Shown: in pieces, positions 47,631 through 58,196 of the stretch
How the letters are laid out: every line of letters begins with the position of its first letter
Position numbering within the stretch: position 1 is the stretch's first letter
Source of the DNA: Macrostomum lignano
Taxonomy: Eukaryota
Length of the DNA: 64,000 bases
Direction: 5' to 3'
NCBI GenBank assembly: GCA_002269645.1
Contig: NIVC01001481.1
Location: 217,331 to 281,330, forward strand
Position numbers and translations under genes: made by a program
The notes under the pieces: model-generated
Seen by the model: only the letters and a program-made list of their open reading frames with translations
Told to the model about the DNA's origin: nothing
The model's database searches: none

Positions 47631-48184
47631 GTGTTGAATACTAAGTCTTTGGACTAAATAGCTATATGCAGCCTTAAGATATACCATGCAATAGTTGCAG
47701 CTAAGCTATTGGGTGTATGTTAATTATTTAAATTTGGATAGCTGTGATCACTTATTATGAATTTTTTTTAGCTACTTAAACATGCTAGCACATTAACTAA
47801 TTTTCGAATTGCAATGGACTGCCATTTAAAAATGCATAATTTTTCAACACTTTAATGTTATTATTTTTAAAATAGTTTTTCAAGGCCTAATGAAAATGCT
47901 ATTGGAACCCTAAATCCTATCAAAATCTCTACCATTATCTTAAAGATCTATGTAATTGCTTGCCAATTCAATCTTACATTACAAAAATAATTATGCATAC
48001 ATCTATCTATTGTTTAGGACATATTTACATAATTATATATACTAGTACATTTATTGTAATAGGGCTTTATACAAATTTATTAAGTGCCTTTGATTCATTT
48101 ATTCTTTTTGTTTAAATTTAGCTATTTTTCCTGTCTGTTAGTAATTTCAATTTGAACTTTTTATGACTCAGAAGTCTACAAAAT

Positions 48185-50962
48185 ATGAACAGCCAATCAA
48201 CTGCAGTTCAAGAGCTGCCTATTGTTCAGGCCAAAAGCGATGACCTCAAAGCCCAATTGAAGGCACAGTATGAAAAGGTAAAGCAACTGAATTCTAGTGC
48301 TTTGGTCAAAGGTGACACCTGGGCTGTGGTGTCAGCGCGTTGGGTGAAGCTGTGGAAAGAATATGTTGGTGCTGAAGCTTTCTATGCAAACAAGCTGGGC
48401 GATGAAAACTATCACCCTGGACCAATTGACAACTCTGACCTCATTGAACCCGATGGGAAATTAAAGGAGGGTCGGCTGGCCGAGATCGACTACTTTTTCA
48501 TGCACAAAGAAGCGTGGGATCTGCTGGCCGAGTACTACAAGACCAAGCAGTCAGAACCAATCTTTCGCAAAGTAATTGAGAAAGGAAAATTCACGCGAAC
48601 CGTAGAAGTCGAGGTCTACCTGTTGGACATGAAGCTGGCAGAGCTGGCCAACCCCGACAAGGTCATCAGCCATCGGTTCTCACGCGCCTCTTTGTTCTCT
48701 GAAGTCGAATCCACCATGAGGTCGCTGTTCAAAGTGCCCGACGATCGAGAGACGCGACTGTGGGTGTCGCTTAGCGGGACGCACTATGAGTTACTTACTG
48801 ACAAAGATCAGGCTCTGGAGAACCAGGTGTACAATAATCAGTACCTGGTGCTAGAGGTGAAGGGTACCGACGATAAGTGGCCACGCGGAGACGCACCGGG
48901 AAGCTTTACCATATCTCAAAACAGCAGCTACCTGCAGGGCACCGGTGGTCGGTTCAGCGCAGCCTCCTTTGCCACTGCCGGCTCTGGCAGTCAGGCGTCC
49001 GGCAGCGGCAGCAGCCAGCTGGAGCAACGCCGCAGCGCGACGCCCGGATTGTGCGGTCTGTCCAACCTGGGCAACACGTGCTTTATGAACTCGGCTCTGC
49101 AGGCTCTGAGCAATGTTCAAATGCTCACTGAGTACTTTCTGTCTGAAAAGTGGAGGGAGGAACTGAATCCGGACAATCCCCTTGGCATGCACGGTGAAAT
49201 CGCCAGGCGGTACGGAGAGCTGATCCGGGATATGTGGTCTGGTAAGAATTGGCACATCTCGCCACGTAGTTTCAAGTATGCTGTAGGGCAATTTGCTCCG
49301 CAGTTCTCCGGCTTCCAGCAGCAGGATGGCCAGGAGCTCATGGCGTTTCTTCTCGACGGCCTGCACGAGGACTTGAACCGCATCAAGAAGAAGCCCTACG
49401 TTGAATTAAAAGATGCTGACGGCCGTAGCGACCACGTGGTGGCGAAAGAGGCCTGGAACGACTACAAGTTGCGCAACGATTCCATTATCGTTGATCTGTT
49501 TCACGGTCAGCTAAAGTCCACGCTTATCTGTCCTGATTGCCGCAAGGTGAGCGTCACCTTTGATCCATTTTGCTACCTAAGCCTGCCGGTACCCAAGGAA
49601 CGCAATCGACTATTGGCATTCTTCTTTGTTAGCAAGGATCCAACTAAGCCACCATTGAAGTGCAAAGTGCAGGTTCCCATTGAGGGCCAGATTACCGATC
49701 TGTGCAAGGCCATTGGCCAGCAGTTCAAGGTGAAGCCTGACCACCTGCTTGTTGCCGACGTTTACAACAATAAATTTCACAAGGTGTACGCTTCGGACGA
49801 TTCCTACACCAGCATATCAAACGAGCGCGATTACATCTACGTGTACGAGCTGGACGCACCTGCCAATAGCACCAAACACGCCGTAGTGAAGGTTTACTTC
49901 GTCACCACGGCCAAGTATTCGCACGCATTCGGCCTGCCAATTGTGTTCTCCGTGCCGCTGACTGACATCACTTACGCTAACCTGTTTCAAACGGTTACAG
50001 AGAGGTCTTGTAGAATGCTGACGCTTAATTCGCCGGATCCGAAGAGCGCCACCTGGTGGAAGGACCATTCGTCAACTAAAGACGACGAGGGCATCTGCGA
50101 CAGCGGCGAAGATGATGAAGCATCTCCGCAGAGCCCGCCGCCATTGTTTGTTCTTCGCCGATCGAACGCCAACCTGACAACTGAAAACGACCTGCTTGAA
50201 GCCAATTCCAGTGAAGCAGAACCGCTGTCGGTCTCCTCCGACCTCTACTTAATGGCTCGCTTTCATCCAAAGGCAAAGTTCTACTTTTGCAACGAGCAGA
50301 ACGCTGTTCACTTTGAACGTCACTCGTCCGCTAGTATGATAATGCAGAAGCGGACGCACCATCTGGAGGACTGTCTGAAGCTATTCACCGAAGAGGAAAG
50401 GCTGGGCAAGAAGGACGCCTGGTATTGTCCGAAGTGCAAAGATTTCAAATGCGCCTCAAAGAAATTCGACCTGTGGTGCATGCCCAAGGTGCTAGTAATC
50501 CATCTAAAGCGATTCCATTACGATCGTTACTATCGCAACAAGATTGACGATCTAATTGAATTTCCAACTCGCGGCTTGGACATGACCAACTGGCTGCTGA
50601 ATCCGGAGGTGCAGGACTGCGCCACGTACGATCTGGTGTCGGTAGCCAATCACTATGGCTGCCTTGGGGGCGGCCACTACACGGCCTACGGTATGAATTA
50701 TCGCACTGGCAAGTGGCACTACTTTGACGACAGCAGCGTCAGGGAGAGCAGCGAGTCCGAAGCGGTCACGAAAGCCGCTTACGTGCTGATTTATGTCCGA
50801 CGCGATCTCATGCCGCGGCTTGGCGATTCGTCGGCCTCCGTTGATGGCGTCGCTGCCGATGCAGCTTCGCCAGGTGGCGCCGATCGAATCGACTCGGACG
50901 ACGATGATATCACCGACAAGAAGGACGGCGGCAGCCAGCCGGAGCCAATGGAAGTCAATTGA
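48185..50962 (+). CDS. USP15: Ubiquitin carboxyl-terminal hydrolase, USP4/11/15 subfamily (DUSP-UBL-split catalytic domain), single coding exon, 925 aa
   Basis: DUSP motif PGPIDNSDL, Cys box GLSNLGNTCFMNSALQAL, QQDGQE, CPDC/CPKC zinc ribbon, His box HYGCLGGGHYTAY and WHYFDDSSV are present. A pyrimidine-rich ...actcag acceptor lies 13 nt upstream of the ATG. Assignment among USP4/11/15 is not resolved. Confidence 0.93.
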   Translation: MNSQSTAVQELPIVQAKSDDLKAQLKAQYEKVKQLNSSALVKGDTWAVVSARWVKLWKEYVGAEAFYANKLGDENYHPGPIDNSDLIEPDGKLKEGRLAEIDYFFMHKEAWDLLAEYYKTKQSEPIFRKVIEKGKFTRTVEVEVYLLDMKLAELANPDKVISHRFSRASLFSEVESTMRSLFKVPDDRETRLWVSLSGTHYELLTDKDQALENQVYNNQYLVLEVKGTDDKWPRGDAPGSFTISQNSSYLQGTGGRFSAASFATAGSGSQASGSGSSQLEQRRSATPGLCGLSNLGNTCFMNSALQALSNVQMLTEYFLSEKWREELNPDNPLGMHGEIARRYGELIRDMWSGKNWHISPRSFKYAVGQFAPQFSGFQQQDGQELMAFLLDGLHEDLNRIKKKPYVELKDADGRSDHVVAKEAWNDYKLRNDSIIVDLFHGQLKSTLICPDCRKVSVTFDPFCYLSLPVPKERNRLLAFFFVSKDPTKPPLKCKVQVPIEGQITDLCKAIGQQFKVKPDHLLVADVYNNKFHKVYASDDSYTSISNERDYIYVYELDAPANSTKHAVVKVYFVTTAKYSHAFGLPIVFSVPLTDITYANLFQTVTERSCRMLTLNSPDPKSATWWKDHSSTKDDEGICDSGEDDEASPQSPPPLFVLRRSNANLTTENDLLEANSSEAEPLSVSSDLYLMARFHPKAKFYFCNEQNAVHFERHSSASMIMQKRTHHLEDCLKLFTEEERLGKKDAWYCPKCKDFKCASKKFDLWCMPKVLVIHLKRFHYDRYYRNKIDDLIEFPTRGLDMTNWLLNPEVQDCATYDLVSVANHYGCLGGGHYTAYGMNYRTGKWHYFDDSSVRESSESEAVTKAAYVLIYVRRDLMPRLGDSSASVDGVAADAASPGGADRIDSDDDDITDKKDGGSQPEPMEVN

Positions 50963-51083
50963 TTGACTATTAGACTGTCGCTATGTGCTTTTTTAATTTA
51001 AACACTGAAAGAGAAGTTACAAGGATGATTTAATTGACTCGAAACATTTGTTTGAAATTATTTATCGTAATATGAAAGAATAG

Positions 51084-51430
51084 AATGGATTGCTAATCTA
51101 GCTAGTTCATTGATAAAAGCATGTAATGGATTGCTAATCTAGCTAGTTCATTGATGAAAGCATGTAATGGATTGCTAATCTAGCTAGTTCATTGATGAAA
51201 GCATGTAATGGATTGCTAATCTAGCTAGTTCATTGATGAAAGTATGGAATGGACTGCTAATCTAGCTAGTTCATTGATGAAAGCATGGAATGGATTGCTA
51301 ATCTAGCTAGTTCATTGATGAAAGTATGGAATGGATTGCTAATCTAGCTAGTTCATTGATGAAAGTATGGAATGGATTGCTAATCTAGCTAGTTCATTGA
51401 TGAAAGTATGTAATGGATTGCTAATCTAGC
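51084..51430. repeat. 41-bp tandem repeat (8 full units plus a partial) just 3' of the USP gene
   Basis: Unit AATGGATTGCTAATCTAGCTAGTTCATTGATGAAAGCATGT. Confidence 0.95.
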
Positions 51431-52301
51431 CAACACGGAAGTGTCAGTTTAGTTAGATCATTAGAAAATGAGGATTGCTAACACTACGTAAATATGGATG
51501 TAGAAGTTTAGGATATGCTAATCAGGCCAATCCTTTATTGTTTGCAAATTTTAAGTGCCAGCTTCACTCCCGATTCAATGTATCCCAACCATATTTTGTG
51601 TGTATGCTTTTGCTATGTAGAATCTGCAGGCATATGTCGAAGTTGAATGCTAAGGAGGCAGAGTTTCAATAGGCAACGCCTGTGACATTGCTATTCTCGA
51701 TGCCCTCTGAAGTTTTATAAAGCCTTTCCCAGTTTCCCTCTCCCATGAAATCTGCTTATTGGCCGGCTTTTTTACAATCTTGTAACAATTGCTTCTAAAT
51801 AATTAATTATATAGATAGAGACAACTGTTAGCGCCCCCTAAGCATCAATTGCACACGTCTTAGGTTGATGTATTATTATGTTCATACGCTGGCTCTGCTT
51901 TGGTTATATATAATTACTATTTTTATACCTGCTAATTGATTGTCAGTCCTATTCACTACAATATTTATGCTCTGCTTATTCAAGAATTTTTCTGTTGTGA
52001 AATTGAAGCATCTGCAACTTGATGTGGACCTAACGCCTATTTATTTTTGTGTAATTTTAATTCATGCGTCATGTTTCTAATCTGGTTTTACTCAAAACTT
52101 TTGTAAACCTACCAGAAACCTTATCTTCACCGCGTAAAACCTAAATATCATTTTCTTGGCAATTAATATTTTATTTTTGTTGTTTGTTATTTTTGTTTGC
52201 AGGGTGTAATGAAAGTTCAAGTCGATATAAAAAATTAATATTCTATTGTTCTCCTAACTTGTAATGAAATTTAGGGATTTAAAATATGATTTTGACTTAT
52301 A

Positions 52302-52771
52302 CGAGGGCTGTCCGGAAAGCAGTGTTACTGGTGATCTTAGCTTTTCATTAGTAAGCCGCAGGTCCACACATTTATTGTCGCTGGATAATGGCAAGTCTTT
52401 AAAATAACTTTAATTTCAGAGGCTTTGGATTAAAAGTTTCAGAGAGCAAGGTCTGTCATAGACTCACACAACAGCACGCCTCTAAAAATTTAATTTTTAC
52501 TAGAACAAAGAAGACAATTAAAGCAACTGGATTTTCAAGCAATTGGAAAACACAAAGGACGTCAATTCAACAGTTGAAAATTGAGCAATCAAATAATTCT
52601 ACCCCTTTGTATATAGCCAATTGTCTCTGAACTTTGATTCATCTTACAGAAGAGACTTGACGCTTTCCAGCGGCACCAACTGTGTGGGCCTGCGGTTTAC
52701 TAACGATGTGCTGCGATCAACAGTCTAAATATACTTAATCTCTATAATAATACTATTTTCCGAACACCTCT
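52302..52771. mobile_element. Degenerate Tc1/mariner-type MITE
   Basis: The left end is TA|CGAGGGCTGTCCGGAAAG. The right end is a diverged inverse, TTTTCCGAACACCTCT|TA, with TA flanks. Confidence 0.5.
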
Positions 52772-54275
52772 TATAATTTATTGGCTCATCACCATTTATT
52801 TTTTACTTTTCTTCTGGGTTTCTTTGAATGATAGAATTCTAAAAAACGAAATTTTTGGGTTTATTTTATTTCATATTTATTCAGGATCTTTTTGAAATTC
52901 GACCCCTATCAAGTTTCGTAGTTTCTTTGCCTTTTGTTTCTTCATGTTCTAAGACCGAAAAAATAAACCAACAGGCTAATAACCCATATGTACGGTTTGT
53001 TATCAATTGTTATTAACGTAGTTAAGACCGTCTTTCCTTTTAAATTGAAAATTTCCGTTGAAGCGTAAAATATATTCGTCTTTGTCGCTTTAAATTTGTC
53101 TCATTTCCGTTTATTTTCTCTGCTTAGATAGAAACAGTACCCTTAAAAAATCAATTGTACATTGACTGGCTGTTATACGTACAACACTGCCCGTACGCAG
53201 CCTAGCCAACCCACGGCGCCCGCCACCCCAATCTCTACCCCATGTTGTACATTCGCCCAGCTGAATGAGCCCGCAACCCCTTCTTACCGCGGCTTCACCG
53301 CCCACGTGAATGTACATATGCGATAAAAGCTCTTATCTTTACAACGCCTCAGGCTCACACTTGGGCTAGGTCTCCTAACCAAATAAGGCAATGGTAAGGA
53401 GTTATTAAAAACATTATAAACAAATGGCACTAAAGCTCACATTACTACTAATAGGTCCACGGGTCAAAGATTGTCAAATCAATGTGCAGTTTGTTCAAAC
53501 CCGTGTTAAAATTTATTCAAGCAATCTTTGGCTCGCGGAGCTACTAGCAGTAATGTGAACGGGTCTTTAAGTGAAGCTGTATTGTTGATTTTATCCAAAC
53601 TGCAACTTTCACATTGGTCCATGGACCAAATTAATCCACCGTACTCTGGGCCATATTCTGGGGTATGTTGTTCGTAGAAAAATAAGATTTTCTTCTTTTC
53701 AATTCACTAGGATGCCCAATTGCCGAATCTATTTTCAGTTTGTCTTTTTTTAAAGTCTTGTTGATATACATAAAAATTGATTTCTTAACAATAAACCAAC
53801 TGGTCATTGCTTTTTGTGTGTCATAACTTTCTCTGTTAAAATTTGTTTTCTAAGATTAGGAAGCTATATATTAGGAAGTTCAGGTATATAGTTTAATCTG
53901 GGCTCAAAATCTTGCTACCAAATTCCATAGCAAACTGATCAAGTTGGGAATTTCTCACTTCTCATTTCTCGCATTGTTTGAAAAACTATCAAAGCGATTG
54001 CTTTTATTAATTTTCGATGATAGGTTGTTCAAATGAAAAAAAAGGACATTATTTAATTATTTTATTGCTTCAACTCAACATACGCACATAAATTAATTGC
54101 CCTTGCCACGTAGCGTTAGCAGCACATTAGAAATTGTGACTATGAATCAAGATTTTCTTTCACTTCTTTTTGTTCGATAAAGACGTAAATTCTGTCTGCA
54201 AATAATGCATGACATAAACTGTTTGAGCGCACTGTGACATGCACAGCAATCCTTGAATTATTAAATCCGTGAGTT

Positions 54276-55803
54276 ATGGAACTGCAAGTCATATTGAAAG
54301 CGCAGTACAAAAATGTAAAGCAGCTGAATTCTATTGCATTGGAAAAGGGCGACATCTGGTCCGTAGTGTCAGCGCGTTGGGTGAAGCGGTGGAAACAATA
54401 CGTTGGTGCTGAAGCTGATTGTGCTAACAAGCTGGGCGATGAAAACTATCACCCTGGACCGATTGACAACTCTGACCTCATTGACTCTGATGGGAAATTA
54501 AAAGAGGGCCGATTAGCTGCTGAAATCGACTACTTTTTCATGCACTTGGAGGCCTGGGAGTTGTTAGCCGAGTACTATTGTACCAAACAGCCAATGCCAA
54601 TCTTTCGCAAAGTAATCGAGAAAGGAAGATTCACGCGCACCTTGGAAGTCGAGGTCTACCTGTTTGACATGAAGCTGGCAGAGCTGGCCAACCCCGACAA
54701 GGTCATCAGCCATCGGTTCTCACGCGCCTCCCTGTTCTCTGAAGTCGAATCCACCATGAGGTCGCTGTTCAAAGTGCCCGACGATCGAGAGACGCGACTG
54801 TGGGTGTCGCTTAGCGGCAGGCACTATGAGTTACTTACTGACAAAGATCAGGCTCTGGAGAACCAGGTGTACAATAATCAGTACCTGGTGCTAGAGGTGA
54901 AGAGTTCTAACGGTCAGTGGCAGTGCCAAAGTGAGTCGAAAGTTTTTCTGTCACCATTTTTGACCAGTTTAAAATATAGCTCGTATATTTTAAAACATTC
55001 CAGACTTAATCTCCGAAAAAATAAGTAGCCGATCAACTGCAGTTCATGAGCTGCCTATTGTTCAGGCCAAAAGCGACGAACTCAAAGCCCAATTGAAGGC
55101 GCAGTATGAAAAGGTGAAGCAACTGAATTCTAGTGCTTTGGTCAAAGGTGACACCTGGGCTGTGGTGTCAGCGCGTTGGGTGAAGCTGTGGAAAGAATAT
55201 GTTGGTGCTGAAGCTTTCTATGCAAACAAGCTGGGCGATGAGAACTATCACCCTGGACCAATTGACAACTCTGACCTCATTGACCCCGATGGGAAATTAA
55301 AGGAGGGTCGGTTGGCCGAGATCGACTACTTTTTTATGCACAAAGAAGCGTGGGATCTGCTGGCCGGGTACTACAAGACCAAGCAGTCAGAACCAATCTT
55401 TCGCAAAGTAATTGTGAAAGGAAAATTCACACGAACCGTAGAAGTCGAGGTCTACCTGTTGGACATGAAGCTGGCAGAGCTGGCCAACCCCGACAAGGTC
55501 ATCAGCCATCGGTTCTCACGCGTCTCCCTGTTCTCTGAAGTCGAATCCACCATGAGGTCGCTGTTCAAAGTGCCCGATGATCGAGAGACGCGACTGTGGG
55601 TGTCGCTTAGCGGCACGCACTATGAGTTACTTACTGACAAAGATCAGGCTCTGGAGAACCAGGTGTACAATAATCAGTACCTGGTGCTAGAGGTGAAGGG
55701 TACCGACGATAAGTGGCCACGCGGAGACGCACCGGGAAGCTTTACCATATCTCAAAACAGCAACTCAGCTCAGTCTACCCGGTCAGCGCAGCCTAACTTG
55801 TGA
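54276..55803 (+). CDS. Predicted non-catalytic (DUSP-UBL)x2 protein derived from the USP4/15 N-terminus; exons 54276-54930 and 55004-55803; 484 aa
   Basis: Copy A (diverged) ends at a consensus donor CCAAA|GTGAGT (phase 1). The 73-nt intron ends TTCCAG|AC. The spliced frame runs stop-free into copy B (about 98% identical to 48192-48927) and ends at TGA 55801-55803. No Cys box is present. Expression is unverified. Confidence 0.6.
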
Positions 55804-56189
55804 CCAAGCACCCACAATCGTAAACCGAGATACGAGTAGATTTTGTTAAAGTAGCTGATATTTTTTCAAATTACTTTTGATAGTCACTTAAATATATTTG
55901 GTATCTTCAACCCAATGAAGATTTTTATCGCTCGAATATTTGCTTTAAATTGCTTTTGTATTATTGTGTGTCCTAGAATGTTGGATAGAATTGCATGTTA
56001 CTACTAACTTAAGTAACTAAGTATCAATCCTGATAACATATAACAAATCATATTGCAGCGTGCAGAATCACTGTTGTCTTCATTAAAGAATGATTAGAAA
56101 AGGCATCGGATCAACAAGCTTCTGATTGGCTACAATTGAAATAAAGTAACCACAGCCAGCGCAAGCCAGCTACAGGCTCCGCTGCAGAA

Positions 56190-57869
56190 ATGGGCCCGTT
56201 CCCCTTTCGCCTGGTGCCTATGCTGGACGAGCAGCACGACATTCTAGTGCTGACTGGCCTGATTGGCCTGGTAGTGGTGCTGCTGGCCTACTATGCCTAC
56301 AAGCGGCTTTACTGGTCCAGATCCATCCCCATACCTATCGATCTGCCCAAGCTGCCCAGGGTGCCATTGTTAAACGATACTCGGCCGCATTTTCGTAAAC
56401 GCGATCGAATTCGTTATTGGGTTCGACGGATGATGCGTCAGGCTCCGCTGCCCAATGTACTGTTGGAGGCCAGGCGGCAGAAACCTGCAGCGGCTGTGTC
56501 TAATATACTCAAATACCTGAGACAGGTGTGCTGTGGGAGCGCACTGCTGGATTCTGTGTTTAGTAATGTGGAGCTGAATGGGATTCTGCATGATTTGATG
56601 AAGGACGCTGAATGGGATTCTTCATGATTTGATGATGCAGGAAGCTGAATGGGATTCTGCATGATTTGATGCAGGAAGCTGAATGGGATTCTGCATGATT
56701 TGATGCAGAAAGCTGAATGGGATTCTGCATGATTTGATGCAGAAAGCTGAATGGGATTCTGCATGATTTGATGCAGAAAGCTGAATGGGATTCTGCATGA
56801 TTTGATGCAGAAAGCTGAATGGGATTCTGCATGATTTGATGCAGAAAGCTGAATGGGATTCTGCATGATTTGATGCAGAAAGCTGAATAGGATTCTGCAT
56901 GATTTGATGCAGAAAGCTGAATGGGATTCTGCATGATTTGATGCAGGAAGCTGAATGGGATTCTGCATGATTTGATGCAGCAGAAAGCTGAATGGGATTG
57001 TTCATGATTTGATGCAGGAAGCTGAATGGGACTCTTCATGATTTGATGCAGCAGAAAGCTGAATGGGATTGTTCATGATTTGATGATGCAGGAAGCTGAA
57101 TGGGATTCTGCATGACTACGGTATATCGGAATAAGTAGATTGGGATTCTAATACGATTCCACCTTCCTAATTAAAGGTCGGGCCCCGTGGTAGCGTTGGT
57201 CGCGTGCCGCTGGCCCGCGCTCGCATCTCGGCCATCCCGGACTACTTCCTGGAGCCCGAGGATCGCGACGCGGACGAGCCGACCATGCTAAATGAATTTT
57301 ATCTGGCAATTAAATCCGTGCGAATATTCGGCAGTCTGGAGCGCTCCTTCATCATGGAGCTGTGCAAGTGCCTGGAGATCATGGAGCTTCGTGCCGGCGA
57401 TGCCCTGTTTAAGATTGGCGACATCGATGGCGACATGTTCATTGTGCAGTCCGGCCGCGTGCAGCTCTACATGACTGAGGACGGTGAGGCCCGCTTGTAG
57501 TGTGTTTCATGCCCGTGTGCTTTTTGGCAGCTTGCGGCTGATCCTGGGAATTCATGGAAGCTCAGCCACTTTCATCCTGTCTGTCTCTTTCTTTCTCTCC
57601 TCTCCCCTCTACGACTCATTCGAGATGTACATAGCGCCTGCGTACGTTTTTAATCCACATTTGCGAGCTCCTCACTCACATCGAGCTATCGCATTTATAT
57701 CGGAGACCATCTCGCTTAAAAATATTTGCGTTCATAATAGCCCTGGGGAAGAATATCGGCACTTTGCTTGAATTGTCTGTCTATCTGTCTGTCTGTCTGT
57801 CTATCTGTCTGTCTGTCTGTCTCTGTGTCTGTCTGTCTGTCTGTGTGTCTGTCTGTCTGTCTGTCTGTC

Positions 57870-57934
<65 letters not shown>

Positions 57935-57935
57935 G

Positions 57936-57966
<31 letters not shown>

Positions 57967-57967
57967 G

Positions 57968-57998
<31 letters not shown>

Positions 57999-58027
57999 GT
58001 GTCTGTCTGTCTGTCTGTCTGTCTGTG

Positions 58028-58078
<51 letters not shown>

Positions 58079-58099
58079 GTGTCTGTCTGTCTGTCTGTG

Positions 58100-58142
<43 letters not shown>

Positions 58143-58151
58143 GTCTGTCTA

Positions 58152-58196
<45 letters not shown>

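Noticed and set aside
51084-51430. 41-bp repeat as a CRISPR-like array
   Set aside because: The units are contiguous with no unique spacers, there are no cas genes, and the context is eukaryotic.
54276-55803. Treating the two USP partial copies as simple pseudogene fragments
   Set aside because: This is not excluded, but I did not adopt it as the call. Neither copy has a frameshift or internal stop, and a consensus intron joins them in frame.
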